Shown here piece after piece: positions 27,413 through 37,887 of a DNA stretch of 64,000 bases (the stretch's first letter is position 1; each line of letters opens with the position of its first letter). Under the pieces are notes generated by a model, which had not been told where the DNA came from, did not search any database, and worked only from the letters and a program-made list of their open reading frames with translations. The translations under genes and the position numbers were made by a program. Source of the DNA: a phage; sequence record PZ452584.1. One strand, given 5' to 3'.

Positions 27413-27757
27413 TTAAAAGAATTTAAACTTTTTCTTTGACCTTTTATTAAATGCATCTTGTAGTTGCATTGTAATACATTTTTCTACATGAGGAGCTAAC
27501 TCAGCTTTTCTTTCTTGGTCAAGAACAGCAAAGTCCATTACAACCTTTCCATTAACCCAATCTAATTTTGTCACATACACAATGTGTGTAGAACCATCTT
27601 CTAGTTTAATGACAATCTCCTGGATAACATTTTCCATAGCGGATTTAATTATCTTAAGAGACTCATTAAAAAGACGTTCTTTTCTTTCTTCTTCCCCCTC
27701 CGAAGAGGGGGATTCATCGATAATTTCTAGATCTAAATCTAAATCATCTTTATTCAT
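27413..27757 (-). CDS. 40: gp40-like protein (head vertex assembly)
   Basis: ORF track trimmed to internal ATG (M7), giving 114 aa; position between uvsX and 41. Confidence 0.65.
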   Translation of the reverse strand: MNKDDLDLDLEIIDESPSSEGEEERKERLFNESLKIIKSAMENVIQEIVIKLEDGSTHIVYVTKLDWVNGKVVMDFAVLDQERKAELAPHVEKCITMQLQDAFNKRSKKKFKFF

Positions 27758-28931
27758 TAAATTCTTCCATATCACTTAGCTGATCTAGGTCAGTTTCTAA
27801 ATCAGCCGCTGATTTACTTTTACTTTCTGGAGATTTAAATTTTTCAACTTTTGAGTTAATTAATTCATCAACTTCCGCTTCAACAATTTCATTACTATCA
27901 ATAGCACCTAACTGATAAGCACGTTTAATAGCATCTCGGAATGGTTGATGCTTAAATAAAGGACCCCAGAATGTAGTGCAGTTAGTATCTTTTGCACGCC
28001 AAGATTTTTCTTCGCGAATCATCTCGCCGGTTTCTTCGTCAAGAAATTCACGAGCATACCAACCATTCTTAGGTTTTACAACAAATCCTAATTCTAGAGC
28101 CATATCTAACAATCCAGAATAAGGATCGATACCACCGTCAAATTTAACATCAATAAAGAATTTACTTTTTTCTTTAACGGTACGAGATTTTTCTACATTT
28201 AGAACAAATTGATACCCCTGAAGATCAGAACCATCTTTAATCTGACGTTTACCGATAATGAATACAGTATCAGCCGAATACATTACGCCTGTACCACCTG
28301 TCATCACGGTTTTACTAAACATTTCAATTGTTTCAATTGTATGGTTAACCGCAACACATGGAATATTTTTAATGCTAAAGTAAGGAGTAACAATACGGAA
28401 TAATGACTTCAGTGATTTAGCACGAGTCATATCTGCCACAGATTTTTCATTCAAGGCATCTTCCGTTTCTTTCTTAGAAGCCATATTACCGATTGAGTCG
28501 ATGAATACAATAACTTTTTCACCGCGCTCAATAGCTTCAAGCTGATTCACCATATCAATTTTCAGCTGTTCAACTGACTGGATTGGCGTATGAATTACTC
28601 GTTCCGGGTCAACTCCCATGGATCGCAAATAAGCTGGAGTAATACCAAATTCACTATCATAGAATAGACAAACCGCGTCAGGATATTTGTTTAAATATGC
28701 CGCAACCATAGTCAAAGACATATTTGATTTAAAGTGTTTAGAAGGACCTGCAAAAATGGTTAAACCAGACTGCATACCGCCATCAATCGCACCAGAAATA
28801 GCGATATTAAGCATTGGGATTTTTGTACGGATTACATCCTTTTCATTAAAGAATTTAGATGTAGTCAGTTCAGCAGTCATTTTAGAAGTGGAAGCTTTAA
28901 TCAAACGGGATTTTAAATCTGCAATAGACAT
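27750..28931 (-). CDS. uvsX: UvsX recombinase (RecA-like)
   Basis: 393 aa; near-identical to T4 UvsX across the length as I recall it. Confidence 0.95.
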   Translation of the reverse strand: MSIADLKSRLIKASTSKMTAELTTSKFFNEKDVIRTKIPMLNIAISGAIDGGMQSGLTIFAGPSKHFKSNMSLTMVAAYLNKYPDAVCLFYDSEFGITPAYLRSMGVDPERVIHTPIQSVEQLKIDMVNQLEAIERGEKVIVFIDSIGNMASKKETEDALNEKSVADMTRAKSLKSLFRIVTPYFSIKNIPCVAVNHTIETIEMFSKTVMTGGTGVMYSADTVFIIGKRQIKDGSDLQGYQFVLNVEKSRTVKEKSKFFIDVKFDGGIDPYSGLLDMALELGFVVKPKNGWYAREFLDEETGEMIREEKSWRAKDTNCTTFWGPLFKHQPFRDAIKRAYQLGAIDSNEIVEAEVDELINSKVEKFKSPESKSKSAADLETDLDQLSDMEEFNE

Positions 28932-29008
28932 TCATTTTTTCCATAGGCATCATTATATTTTCCTCACTGGTTAAAGATAGAGTAATTATAACACAATAAA
29001 TTTAGGCA

Positions 29009-29851
29009 TTAATCAACTGCTATTGGATGAATAGCATTAAACTTATGAAATGCTTCTGATTTTTCTTTACGCGAAACACACATGCGAAGAACCTTTAATG
29101 GCTCGTCTTCTTCACCCAACGATTTTCGTTTTTCAATATTAGAAGTTTTCCAACGAGCTTGCTCTGGAAACTCTCTATTGATTTGCTCAAGCGCTCTATT
29201 ATGTTTAGAATTACTACGAATTGAACTACACCCACCAGGAGCTTGTGCTTTTCCAGATACAACCAGATATTTGAACAAGGCCAAATGCGGATAACCTTGA
29301 TTAATTAAATTGAGAAATGCATACATATCTTCGCACAAATCAATTTTTCCATACCCAATTTGTTCTGTCGTAAGTTTTCCAAGGTCATACCATGTATTCG
29401 TGAATCCATATGAATTTTCACGATAATTACCCCAAGATGAAGTAATTTTAAAAATTGGTAGGCGAGCATGACCGTGATAATACCCGCAATCCATGGCATC
29501 TTCGACGTATTGAATCAATTCATAGAACTGTTCATGAGTCAATTGATTGACTTTATCCACGCAACGACGGTCATCTCTTTTTCGCATTGAACTCATACGA
29601 ATAGTAGTATCATCGTCAATCATCCAGATTCGTTGGCCTGCATACATATCAGTAATTGCTTTACGAGTACCGGCAATTCCGTTTACATCATCAGGAATAG
29701 TTATAATTTTAGCTCTAGACCCATAGGCATCATAATAAGCTTTTTCTTCATGTTCACGCACTACAATATGGGGTTCATAATCAGTCGGAAACATATCAAG
29801 GGCAGAAACTGCCCCGACACGCTGATAACTTGGAATTACGAATTGAATCAT
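29009..29851 (-). CDS. putative glucosyltransferase, DxD (GT-A-like); candidate beta-glucosyl-HMC alpha-glucosyltransferase
   Basis: ORF track trimmed to internal ATG (M3), 280 aa; occupies the T4 beta-gt slot between uvsX and 42 but is not T4 beta-gt; WMIDDD motif. Confidence 0.55.
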   Translation of the reverse strand: MIQFVIPSYQRVGAVSALDMFPTDYEPHIVVREHEEKAYYDAYGSRAKIITIPDDVNGIAGTRKAITDMYAGQRIWMIDDDTTIRMSSMRKRDDRRCVDKVNQLTHEQFYELIQYVEDAMDCGYYHGHARLPIFKITSSWGNYRENSYGFTNTWYDLGKLTTEQIGYGKIDLCEDMYAFLNLINQGYPHLALFKYLVVSGKAQAPGGCSSIRSNSKHNRALEQINREFPEQARWKTSNIEKRKSLGEEDEPLKVLRMCVSRKEKSEAFHKFNAIHPIAVD

Positions 29852-30588
29852 TTCCACTCACCTTTATAGTCTTTTTTCACAATATGAGTTTCGCCAGTAT
29901 TCCACCAATGATCAACCAAGTAAAAATGACGAGAATATACATGAAGACTTCCAACATTCCATATAATAGAACCTGCTTTATACTGACGAGTTGAATCGCC
30001 GACATTCAAATCAGATACTAATTTATCTAATACGTATTTTTGCCATGCATAATCATTACGGAATCCGAAGACCACGTCATTTGAGCGCATGCTTACTACT
30101 GCATTGACTTTCTTATCACGAATCAGGTACTGTACTGTATTAGTACACATGAAATCTGACATACCATCTTTATTGTAGTCAAATTGCATGGATGGACGAG
30201 TATAAATCATGATACCACGTCGAGAATCAGGATTTTGACCAAGTTCAGCTAAACACATATCATACTGGGCATAGTTATCTTCTGACCAAATAGCCCAACC
30301 ATAATTCGAGTTAATTTCGCCTTTAGAAGATGCTACCTGCTGCCAAATCTTTGGTGTTTCGCCTGGAATATCTTTAACAAACAAGCTCTTAGATTTATAC
30401 CATTCAAGTTCACGCTGAATGTATTCATCATTAAGAGCGCCAAAAATAAACGGTTCATCTGCTACAAATGATGCGCCAATAATTTCAATAGTTTTAACAC
30501 CAGTTTTATCAACTACGAAATCTTTTTCTTTTAATGCAAGCCCCAAATGAAGACGGATTTCTTCAACTGTCATAGAGTCACTAATCAT
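29848..30588 (-). CDS. 42: dCMP hydroxymethylase gp42
   Basis: 246 aa, same length as T4 gp42; thymidylate-synthase-like fold. Confidence 0.95.
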   Translation of the reverse strand: MISDSMTVEEIRLHLGLALKEKDFVVDKTGVKTIEIIGASFVADEPFIFGALNDEYIQRELEWYKSKSLFVKDIPGETPKIWQQVASSKGEINSNYGWAIWSEDNYAQYDMCLAELGQNPDSRRGIMIYTRPSMQFDYNKDGMSDFMCTNTVQYLIRDKKVNAVVSMRSNDVVFGFRNDYAWQKYVLDKLVSDLNVGDSTRQYKAGSIIWNVGSLHVYSRHFYLVDHWWNTGETHIVKKDYKGEWK

Positions 30589-30595
30589 TTAAACC

Positions 30596-30745
30596 TCAAT
30601 TGATACATTCATATTTAAATTGTAACAGTAATAAACCCCAACCTAAAATAATAGTTGGAATCATAAGAGGAACCGTTACACTATAGTATATACTTATTAT
30701 AATCATCAAGATTAAAAGCAACACTGTTATAATTTTGCTTTTCAT
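30596..30745 (-). CDS. hydrophobic micro-ORF about 49 aa
   Basis: ATG overlaps imm stop (ATGA); two predicted TM segments; read from text, approximate. Confidence 0.35.
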   Translation of the reverse strand: MKSKIITVLLLILMIIISIYYSVTVPLMIPTIILGWGLLLLQFKYECIN

Positions 30746-30993
30746 TCCTTCTCTCTGATGATAATTACCTGATTTGGCTGTGCAGACTTTTTAGTTTCAC
30801 CCGCAATTGACCAAATAAATGTAATAAACCAACCAATAATTGACCAGTTAAACAGTAAAGATGTGAAAAAGATTCCTACTGTCGATTTTGACCCACGCAT
30901 CAAGGCGATAAACCATGGAAGCATGTATATAATAATAGCCAACACACCTGAAACTAAAACCATAAAAATTGAACCTGCTACTAAAGTTTCCAT
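30742..30993 (-). CDS. imm: Imm, superinfection immunity membrane protein
   Basis: 83 aa, same length and position as T4 Imm; two TM helices. Confidence 0.8.
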   Translation of the reverse strand: METLVAGSIFMVLVSGVLAIIIYMLPWFIALMRGSKSTVGIFFTSLLFNWSIIGWFITFIWSIAGETKKSAQPNQVIIIREKE

Positions 30994-31000
30994 GTTTTCC

Positions 31001-31381
31001 TCACTTAATCAAATTTTTTACACATGAATTATAAGAATTCACTACATACTCCATCGGAGCATTTTTACCAGTACGCCATTGGTAATTATTAGCCCAATTT
31101 GCCCAAAGCTCGGCGCAGTAGTTTTCAATTTTTTCTTCGCGTGTAATTACATCCGAATTACGATATGCTTGAGCAGATTCATCTGGACGAATAGCTTCGT
31201 CAAAATTCGCCTGCATTTGTTCTACTGTTTGCTTTGGAGCTTCTTTATAACACTTGACATTAGGATTATAAAATTTGCTTGAACAGTTTACAATTTTTCC
31301 TACATCAGACTGATTTACTACCGGTCCTTGAGCTACACAACCAGTAAGACCTAATGCAATAACCAAAATAGCGATTTTCAT
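31001..31381 (-). CDS. putative lipoprotein 126 aa
   Basis: ORF track; signal peptide with lipobox LTGC. Confidence 0.65.
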   Translation of the reverse strand: MKIAILVIALGLTGCVAQGPVVNQSDVGKIVNCSSKFYNPNVKCYKEAPKQTVEQMQANFDEAIRPDESAQAYRNSDVITREEKIENYCAELWANWANNYQWRTGKNAPMEYVVNSYNSCVKNLIK

Positions 31382-31391
31382 AATAATTTCC

Positions 31392-31628
31392 TCAAATGCA
31401 AGTAGTAATTACTCCAGTAGTGCTTATGCAGGTATTACCCATTTGCACACCTAAAGATCCATTTGTATTCACATGAAGATTATCATCAATTTTAACTGAT
31501 ATTTTACCATTAGTGTGAATAACGGTGCTAGATTCAATCACAGGTTGAGTATCATTTTCAACACTAACAAATGGAACTGCTGCTAATGCAACTAAACAAA
31601 CTGCTAAGCATCCCATAACAATTTTCAT
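31392..31628 (-). CDS. small secreted protein 78 aa
   Basis: ORF track trimmed to internal ATG (M5) after PeSL leader; N-terminal signal peptide. Confidence 0.55.
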   Translation of the reverse strand: MKIVMGCLAVCLVALAAVPFVSVENDTQPVIESSTVIHTNGKISVKIDDNLHVNTNGSLGVQMGNTCISTTGVITTCI

Positions 31629-31629
31629 T

Positions 31630-31715
31630 TTATTCTCCAAATCTGTATCAGTAGTTGATAGTTGTATAGTACCATGGAAGAACAGTCTTGTAAACAGTTT
31701 TGTGAAAATTTTTTA
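31630..31715 (-). repeat. PeSL-like cassette copy 5
   Basis: GTTTAC-N18-TACTATACAACTATCAACTACTGATACAGATTTGGAGAATAAAATG; approximate. Confidence 0.7.
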
Positions 31716-31781
31716 GGGAATTCTAAAGGTCCAGAATCATCTGTTTTTCATAAGTATAGATTTATATTACTTGTATGAAAA

Positions 31782-31799
31782 AGGGACCCGGAGGTCCCT
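31782..31799 (-). terminator. intrinsic terminator after gene 43
   Basis: AGGGACC-UCCG-GGUCCCU followed by UUUUUCAUAC on the minus strand; approximate. Confidence 0.6.
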
Positions 31800-31811
31800 A
31801 GATTTATTCTA

Positions 31812-34508
31812 TCAGCCAAACAGGAAGTCTAACGAAGCTTTTTCTTCATAGTCCATACCAGCCGATTCACACATGCCTGCAAGCGGTTTAACAAACGATT
31901 TTTGGAACAAAGTTGAGTAGTCAATCCAAGACAGTACGTCAGAACGAATTTCTTTTGGAAGTTCTGTACCCGATGGCCAAGCAATGCACTTGTCACCAAA
32001 TGGATTTCCTTCACGCAATGGAAGAACCATTACTTTATTTCCATCCAAAATTGGAGCTACACCCAGACCACTAACAGCTCGACGATAAGTTAGCACACCA
32101 CGAATATGGAACGGGCATTTAAATCCTGGCCAACCTTTATCATCATATTTCGCTATATCGTTCGCAGTTTTTACTTCAGCAATAACTTTATAGTCAAGTT
32201 GACGATATTCTTTCTCGAAGTTCTTGTAATATTCTTGGACAGACTCTTCACCTTCCTGAAGAATACGACGAATACTTTCTTCAAGAGCTTCTTGGACCGC
32301 TTTAGGCGTTGAACTCTGCTGAGTTTCCATACCCATGATTTTTAGATGCGGTTCAGCAAATCGCTTATCTTCCATATCATAAACGTTCAGAGCATAACGC
32401 TTTTTCGCTTTCCAAAATCCACCAACGCCCTTTGAACCAAGTGGAGGGCAAGAAATAGCTTCACGGTCCATATGCATCAGATGCTCGCGGTTATTCATAT
32501 AATCACATAACTCACGATATGCAACATCAATCATAGGTTCCATCTTTTTCTTACCGAACTGATTCATGAATTCAACTAAATCGTTCTGCTCTTTGAATCG
32601 GTCAAGACCAACTTTTTCAATAACTTTATCTACACAAACATATACCGAATCAGTATCACCTGCTGCGATGAAATCTTCGCCATTAGTTCCGCATACTTTA
32701 TTCAGATACTCATTAATTTTACGAGCAATCCACTGAATACCAACTTGACCAAAAATTGTGATAGCAGTAGCATTTCGCAAATCATAGTAACGGAAATGAA
32801 TATTACCAAGAGCACCATAAAGACTGTTAATAAGAATTTTACGGTTCAGCTGATTTGTGTTAGCAAGTGTAGCTGCTTTTTCACATTCTTCGATCAGACT
32901 ATTAAGAACAGATTCAGTATAATTCGATAGTTCATTTAAGAAATCATCACTGAACTTGACATATCGTTCAACTTCAGGTTTAGTTGAACAAGATCCTGCG
33001 CCTTTCATAATAATCTTTTTAATAGCTTCGGCATTCATTTCTTCAGCGAACATTTTCTTTTTCCAATCTTTACGCTGGAAAAATACTTTAGCGATTTCCT
33101 TTGGAATGATACCTTCTTGATGCTTATCGTACATCCATCCATTCGGAGAACAAGAATATTCATCACTCGGTTTAGGAGCTGTTCCTGCGATATATTCATG
33201 AATTGGATGAACTTTAAACTGACCACGAATAGTCTCAGGACTAATGTTAACCTGACGAATAATGCTCGGATACAGAGACGTCAAGTCAAAACTCATAATA
33301 TATCGACGAGCAATTGGTTTAGGTTCAAACACAAATGCACCCGGAAAACTCTGTTTAACATGCGAACCTTGTTGAGGAATAACTTTATGTTCACCTTTCA
33401 ATGAGTTAAAAATAATAGCATCCCAGGTTTTAATAGGACTCATTACACCAGAAAAAGGCATTTTAGCGTAATAAGACATACTTAAAACTAGATCGATAAA
33501 CCCGCGAATTTTATCAATTGCTTGAACTGATTCTACGTCAATGATGTTATAACTAATGTATCGTTGATGATTAGTCTCACGAAGTTTATTAATAGGACCG
33601 TCGTATGGTAATTTACCTTTTTTGGTTTCGTGTTGAGCAACTGATTCCAATGAGAATGATGGTAAATTAGTAAATGCAAATTTCTTGTACAAATCTAAAT
33701 AATCAAGAATAGATACGCCATCAATAGAATAAATTTCTTTGCTACCGTACATATTTTGGATAAGTTTAGATTTTACTCGACCGATTGGAGAGAAGCGTTT
33801 CATACTACGTTCACCGAGAACCATTTTAACGCGATTCATGATATATGGAACGTCAAATCCCTCAATATTCCAACCAGTAAAAATAGCAGGTCGTTTCTGT
33901 TCCCAAAGATTAATATATTCCATGAGCATATCACGCTCATTATCGAATGGCATATAAATTACTCGGTCAAGAATTTCTTGAGGAACTTCATCACCACCTT
34001 CACAGTCAAGCTTAGCAGCTAACTTTGCATCCCATTTTGATACTGAACCATACATTGAATTCAAAAGGTCGAAAACATAAAAACGATCATCAATTGAATC
34101 GTAATGAGTGATAGCATCAATTTCATATTCAGCTTTCATTGGGTCCGGAAATTTATCACCAGTAACCTCAATGTCACAGTTAGCTACACGAACAAATTTT
34201 CGGTCATAAACAATTTCTGAACCATACGTATCACTGATATAAGCGAGTTTAAAATCGTTCATACCGAGAGCTTCGAGACCGATGTCTTCCATTCGCTTCA
34301 TCCAATCTCGAGCATCTTTCATTGATGGAAATTTTTGAGGAGCGCAATTTTTACCATAGATGTCTTTGTATTTTGACTCTTCCTTACAATGCCTAAACAT
34401 AGTCGGAAGATATTCTACTTCACGAGTACGTTCCTTTCCGTTTTCATCAATATAACGTTCAACAATGTTATTTCCGACTGTTTCAATAGAGATATAAAAT
34501 TCTTTCAT
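31812..34508 (-). CDS. 43: DNA polymerase gp43 (family B)
   Basis: 898 aa, same length as T4 gp43; sequence recognised; translational operator hairpin upstream. Confidence 0.97.
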   Translation of the reverse strand: MKEFYISIETVGNNIVERYIDENGKERTREVEYLPTMFRHCKEESKYKDIYGKNCAPQKFPSMKDARDWMKRMEDIGLEALGMNDFKLAYISDTYGSEIVYDRKFVRVANCDIEVTGDKFPDPMKAEYEIDAITHYDSIDDRFYVFDLLNSMYGSVSKWDAKLAAKLDCEGGDEVPQEILDRVIYMPFDNERDMLMEYINLWEQKRPAIFTGWNIEGFDVPYIMNRVKMVLGERSMKRFSPIGRVKSKLIQNMYGSKEIYSIDGVSILDYLDLYKKFAFTNLPSFSLESVAQHETKKGKLPYDGPINKLRETNHQRYISYNIIDVESVQAIDKIRGFIDLVLSMSYYAKMPFSGVMSPIKTWDAIIFNSLKGEHKVIPQQGSHVKQSFPGAFVFEPKPIARRYIMSFDLTSLYPSIIRQVNISPETIRGQFKVHPIHEYIAGTAPKPSDEYSCSPNGWMYDKHQEGIIPKEIAKVFFQRKDWKKKMFAEEMNAEAIKKIIMKGAGSCSTKPEVERYVKFSDDFLNELSNYTESVLNSLIEECEKAATLANTNQLNRKILINSLYGALGNIHFRYYDLRNATAITIFGQVGIQWIARKINEYLNKVCGTNGEDFIAAGDTDSVYVCVDKVIEKVGLDRFKEQNDLVEFMNQFGKKKMEPMIDVAYRELCDYMNNREHLMHMDREAISCPPLGSKGVGGFWKAKKRYALNVYDMEDKRFAEPHLKIMGMETQQSSTPKAVQEALEESIRRILQEGEESVQEYYKNFEKEYRQLDYKVIAEVKTANDIAKYDDKGWPGFKCPFHIRGVLTYRRAVSGLGVAPILDGNKVMVLPLREGNPFGDKCIAWPSGTELPKEIRSDVLSWIDYSTLFQKSFVKPLAGMCESAGMDYEEKASLDFLFG

Positions 34509-34511
34509 AGA

Positions 34512-34546
34512 TATTCCTTAGTTTATAGCCCGAGTTATTAGGCTCT
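34512..34546 (-). promoter_or_regulatory. gene 43 translational operator hairpin
   Basis: Minus strand GAGCCUAAUAACUCGGGCUAUAAACUAAGGAAUAUCUAUG: hairpin with loop AAUAACUC next to the gp43 RBS, matching the classical T4 operator as I recall it; approximate. Confidence 0.6.
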
Positions 34547-34586
34547 TGATATATTATACTCCAAATAAGGGGCCGAAGCCCCTTGC

Positions 34587-34808
34587 TTAAATTAGTACTA
34601 TTTGTCGGTGAAAAATTGTCATTCCATCTGCATTAATTGACTTAACGACTGCGGTAAAGTGTTTTTGTTCTGGATGAATTAATTTTTGAAATTCTACCTG
34701 AAATTTTAGTTGGAGGTTTTCTGGTAAATCAAAAAGTGTTTCTGTTGCAGAAAGATTATATTTTTCTTTAAGAGACGCCATGTATTCTTGTGGAGTTATA
34801 GCAGTCAT
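34587..34808 (-). CDS. hypothetical protein about 73 aa between regA and 43
   Basis: ORF track trimmed to internal ATG (M15) to avoid a 41-nt overlap with regA; start uncertain. Confidence 0.45.
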   Translation of the reverse strand: MTAITPQEYMASLKEKYNLSATETLFDLPENLQLKFQVEFQKLIHPEQKHFTAVVKSINADGMTIFHRQIVLI

Positions 34809-34809
34809 A

Positions 34810-35178
34810 TTAATTACCAATCGTATATTTAGGAACGAGTTTCCATTCATGTTTTTGTTTAAAAGAAATAACTCGGAAGTTATTAGTTAAATCTTTCATA
34901 AAAGTTCTTTGACCGGGAACGATTTCAATCAGTCCCCAATCTTCTAACAGCCATGCAATCGAATCACGACGAACTTCATCTTCTTCTGTCATTTCAACTT
35001 GACGGCCATCCATACGAAGCATTTCTTTAAAATGAACGATATAGTATAGTCCTTTTTTCTGAAGAATATGACAGGACTGATACAGAACTTTATCTTTATT
35101 ATTAGCAATTCCCATACGAGTCAAAGTTTCTTTTACTTTCAGAAAATCTTCAGGTTTTTTAAGAGTAATTTCAATCAT
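34810..35178 (-). CDS. regA: RegA translational repressor
   Basis: 122 aa, same length and position as T4 RegA. Confidence 0.9.
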   Translation of the reverse strand: MIEITLKKPEDFLKVKETLTRMGIANNKDKVLYQSCHILQKKGLYYIVHFKEMLRMDGRQVEMTEEDEVRRDSIAWLLEDWGLIEIVPGQRTFMKDLTNNFRVISFKQKHEWKLVPKYTIGN

Positions 35179-35179
35179 T

Positions 35180-35743
35180 TTACCATTCCAATGCTAGTTT
35201 TTTGAGTTGTTTCTGTTCTTTTACGTTCTTAGTCACTTCTTTCAAAAAATCATCCGTGACTAATCCTTTAAGTTCTTTTAATACTAAAGGTAGTTTTCCA
35301 TTTTTAGTAAGAATTGATTTATAGTTAATTGCATCATTTGTGTTAACTTGATACCGCTTAGCAAGTAACTTAATAATCAATACTTCGGTGGAATCTTCAA
35401 CTAGTTTTGCCCATTTACCATATCTTTTACCACGAGGAACAGCAGCCATCAGATAATTAAAATGGGCTTCATCGCTTAAGCCTGATCCAATTAAATTCAT
35501 AGCATATACAGCTGGCATGCACTCTGGAAATTGTGATAATGCATTTTCAACCATGAATTTTGAATAATCTTTTTGAGCAATAGAGCATTTAGTTTTATTA
35601 TTAATAGCTCCAATTATTTCAAAAAATTCATTTTCAGCTTTTTCTTTAAAAGAATCAGCAGCGGATTGGACAGCTGTCCAATCTTTTGAATACCAAGCAA
35701 CTTGATGCTCGTTTAATTGAATATCATCTTCAAATAAGCTCAT
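35180..35743 (-). CDS. 62: clamp loader small subunit gp62
   Basis: 187 aa, same length and position as T4 gp62. Confidence 0.9.
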   Translation of the reverse strand: MSLFEDDIQLNEHQVAWYSKDWTAVQSAADSFKEKAENEFFEIIGAINNKTKCSIAQKDYSKFMVENALSQFPECMPAVYAMNLIGSGLSDEAHFNYLMAAVPRGKRYGKWAKLVEDSTEVLIIKLLAKRYQVNTNDAINYKSILTKNGKLPLVLKELKGLVTDDFLKEVTKNVKEQKQLKKLALEW

Positions 35744-35744
35744 A

Positions 35745-36704
35745 TCACTTCCACTGCATTTCGCATGCTAATTGAATGAAAAGATAAGCTAAATGTAATT
35801 CAGTATTAGCTGCAATACCATGATACTGATTATTTTCGCCGACAATTTCGTACATACGAATAATACTCTGTGGAGTTACACGTGAATAGATTTCTTCGGC
35901 AAGTTTACCCACGAACCACGAATAATCGGCTGCATATTTTGGTGCTAAAGCTCTGAGTTGTTTAACATCTTTATTTTTGAGAGACTCAAGAACATCATCA
36001 ATAGCACCACGATCGTTAGTAACCAGTGATAAAATACCAGCATCCAAAACACCTTTAGATGAATAACTATCGAGCTCGCCAATAGTTTTACGAAAATCAG
36101 GAAAATTCTTTTTAACCAAAGCTGCTACAACTTTCATATCAGCTATAGCAATACCTTCATGTTTACAGATTTCAGTCAATCGACGAATCATCTGCTTCAT
36201 CATTTCAATTTTATCTTCATCGGTCGGTTGACCGAACGTAATAACTCGGCAGCGTGACTGAAGTGGTTTAATAATACCATCAATATTGTTAGCAGTAATA
36301 ATAATACTACAGTTTGAACTATAAGCTTCCATAAAGGAACGAAGATGTCGCTGAGATTCTGCTAAACCTGAACGGTCAAATTCATCAATAACGATTACTT
36401 TTTGACGACCATCAAATGAAGCGGCGCTGGCAAAATTAGTCAAAGGACCACGAACGAAATCAATTTTACAGTCTGATCCATTTACAAACATCATATCAGC
36501 ATTTACATCATGACACAATGCTTTTGCTACAGTTGTTTTACCTGTTCCTGGAGAAGGAGAATGAAGAATAATATGTGGAATCTTACCTTTACTTGTAATA
36601 GATTTAAAGGTTTCTTTATCAAAGGCGGGAAGAATACATTCATCGATAGTAGATGGACGATATTTCTGTTCAAGAATGTGTTCTTTTTCATTTACGGTAA
36701 TCAT
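35745..36704 (-). CDS. 44: clamp loader ATPase gp44 (RFC-like AAA+)
   Basis: ORF track trimmed to internal ATG (M6, MITVNEKEH...), 319 aa as T4 gp44; GAGGAAATT RBS; Walker A SPGTGKT. Confidence 0.95.
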
Positions 36705-36755
36705 AATTTCCTCATTCAAGTTTTAGTGTAAATTATAAAGGGCCGAAGCCCTCTA

Positions 36756-37442
36756 TTAAAAATCGTGGGTAGAATCAGCTTCAAGAGCTACTACATAATT
36801 CGCATGTTCACCTTCAAATTTAGCAGCACCTTGTTTACCTTTTGCCCAGAGCAGAAGTTTATAATTTCCTGGTTGCATTTTCATATTTGCCATATTGATA
36901 ATGAAATTAAATGTATTTTCACCATCATAATCACCAAGAGTCAAAGAATATTTAACACGGGTCAGAGCAGAATCTTCTACTTTATTAAAACCGTTAATTA
37001 CGATTTTACCTTCTTTTACTGTGATAGCAATTGTATCAATTTGCAGACCACGAGATACACGCAACAGTTGTTGAAGGTCTTCAGCTTTAATTTCAGTAAC
37101 AACAGATGCTACCGGGAATGGAATTGGTTTATTAGGAGCAACTACTGTACTCGGATCGGCTGCTGGCCAAAAAATTGTTGAGCGGGCATCAGCAATTTTA
37201 ATATTTCCATCTTCTGACTGGGAAATTTCTGCATCATCATTAACTAGAGACAGAATACCGAGAAAACCGTTCAAATCGTAAATTGCTACATCAAAATCAA
37301 TAACGTCAGAAATATTCGCTTCCGCATAAGTTGTACCATTAACTGCGCGAGTCATAATAAATTGACCGGATTTAAGCATAATACCAGAGTTAATAGTAGC
37401 GAAATTTTTCAGCAGAGCAGTAGTATCTTTAGACAGTTTCAT
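36756..37442 (-). CDS. 45: sliding clamp gp45
   Basis: 228 aa, same length as T4 gp45. Confidence 0.95.
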   Translation of the reverse strand: MKLSKDTTALLKNFATINSGIMLKSGQFIMTRAVNGTTYAEANISDVIDFDVAIYDLNGFLGILSLVNDDAEISQSEDGNIKIADARSTIFWPAADPSTVVAPNKPIPFPVASVVTEIKAEDLQQLLRVSRGLQIDTIAITVKEGKIVINGFNKVEDSALTRVKYSLTLGDYDGENTFNFIINMANMKMQPGNYKLLLWAKGKQGAAKFEGEHANYVVALEADSTHDF

Positions 37443-37497
37443 GTAATTTCCTTCAATTCAAATGAGATTTAATTTTATAACTAATTTAATAAAGCAA

Positions 37498-37887
37498 TTA
37501 ACGATTAAAATCAGCCGCAATTGTTTCCGCAACAATTTGAGCAGCAACAATTAGACGTTCATCTGCATTACCGCAATAATCATCTTCAAGGCGTTCACCA
37601 CATGAAGTCATAATAAATTTAGCACCAGCATTTAAAGATTCTGTCGTATGTTTGCGCATTAGTTCAATCCATTTATCACTCACTTCGCGATCGATAGCTT
37701 CATAATACGCATGACGAGCAGGTGCAGATTTAATTTTGTTCTGAATAACTTCCATTGCGTTATCAGAAAGAGACAAAACCCATGCTCGACGAATTTTATT
37801 TTGGTTTTGTGGATTTGATTCAGAACGCACGTGTTTTGGCTGAATATCTTTTACATCAACAGTATAATTCACAGTAATTTTAGTCAT
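37498..37887 (-). CDS. rpbA: RpbA, RNA polymerase-binding protein
   Basis: 129 aa, same length and position as T4 RpbA. Confidence 0.75.
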   Translation of the reverse strand: MTKITVNYTVDVKDIQPKHVRSESNPQNQNKIRRAWVLSLSDNAMEVIQNKIKSAPARHAYYEAIDREVSDKWIELMRKHTTESLNAGAKFIMTSCGERLEDDYCGNADERLIVAAQIVAETIAADFNR

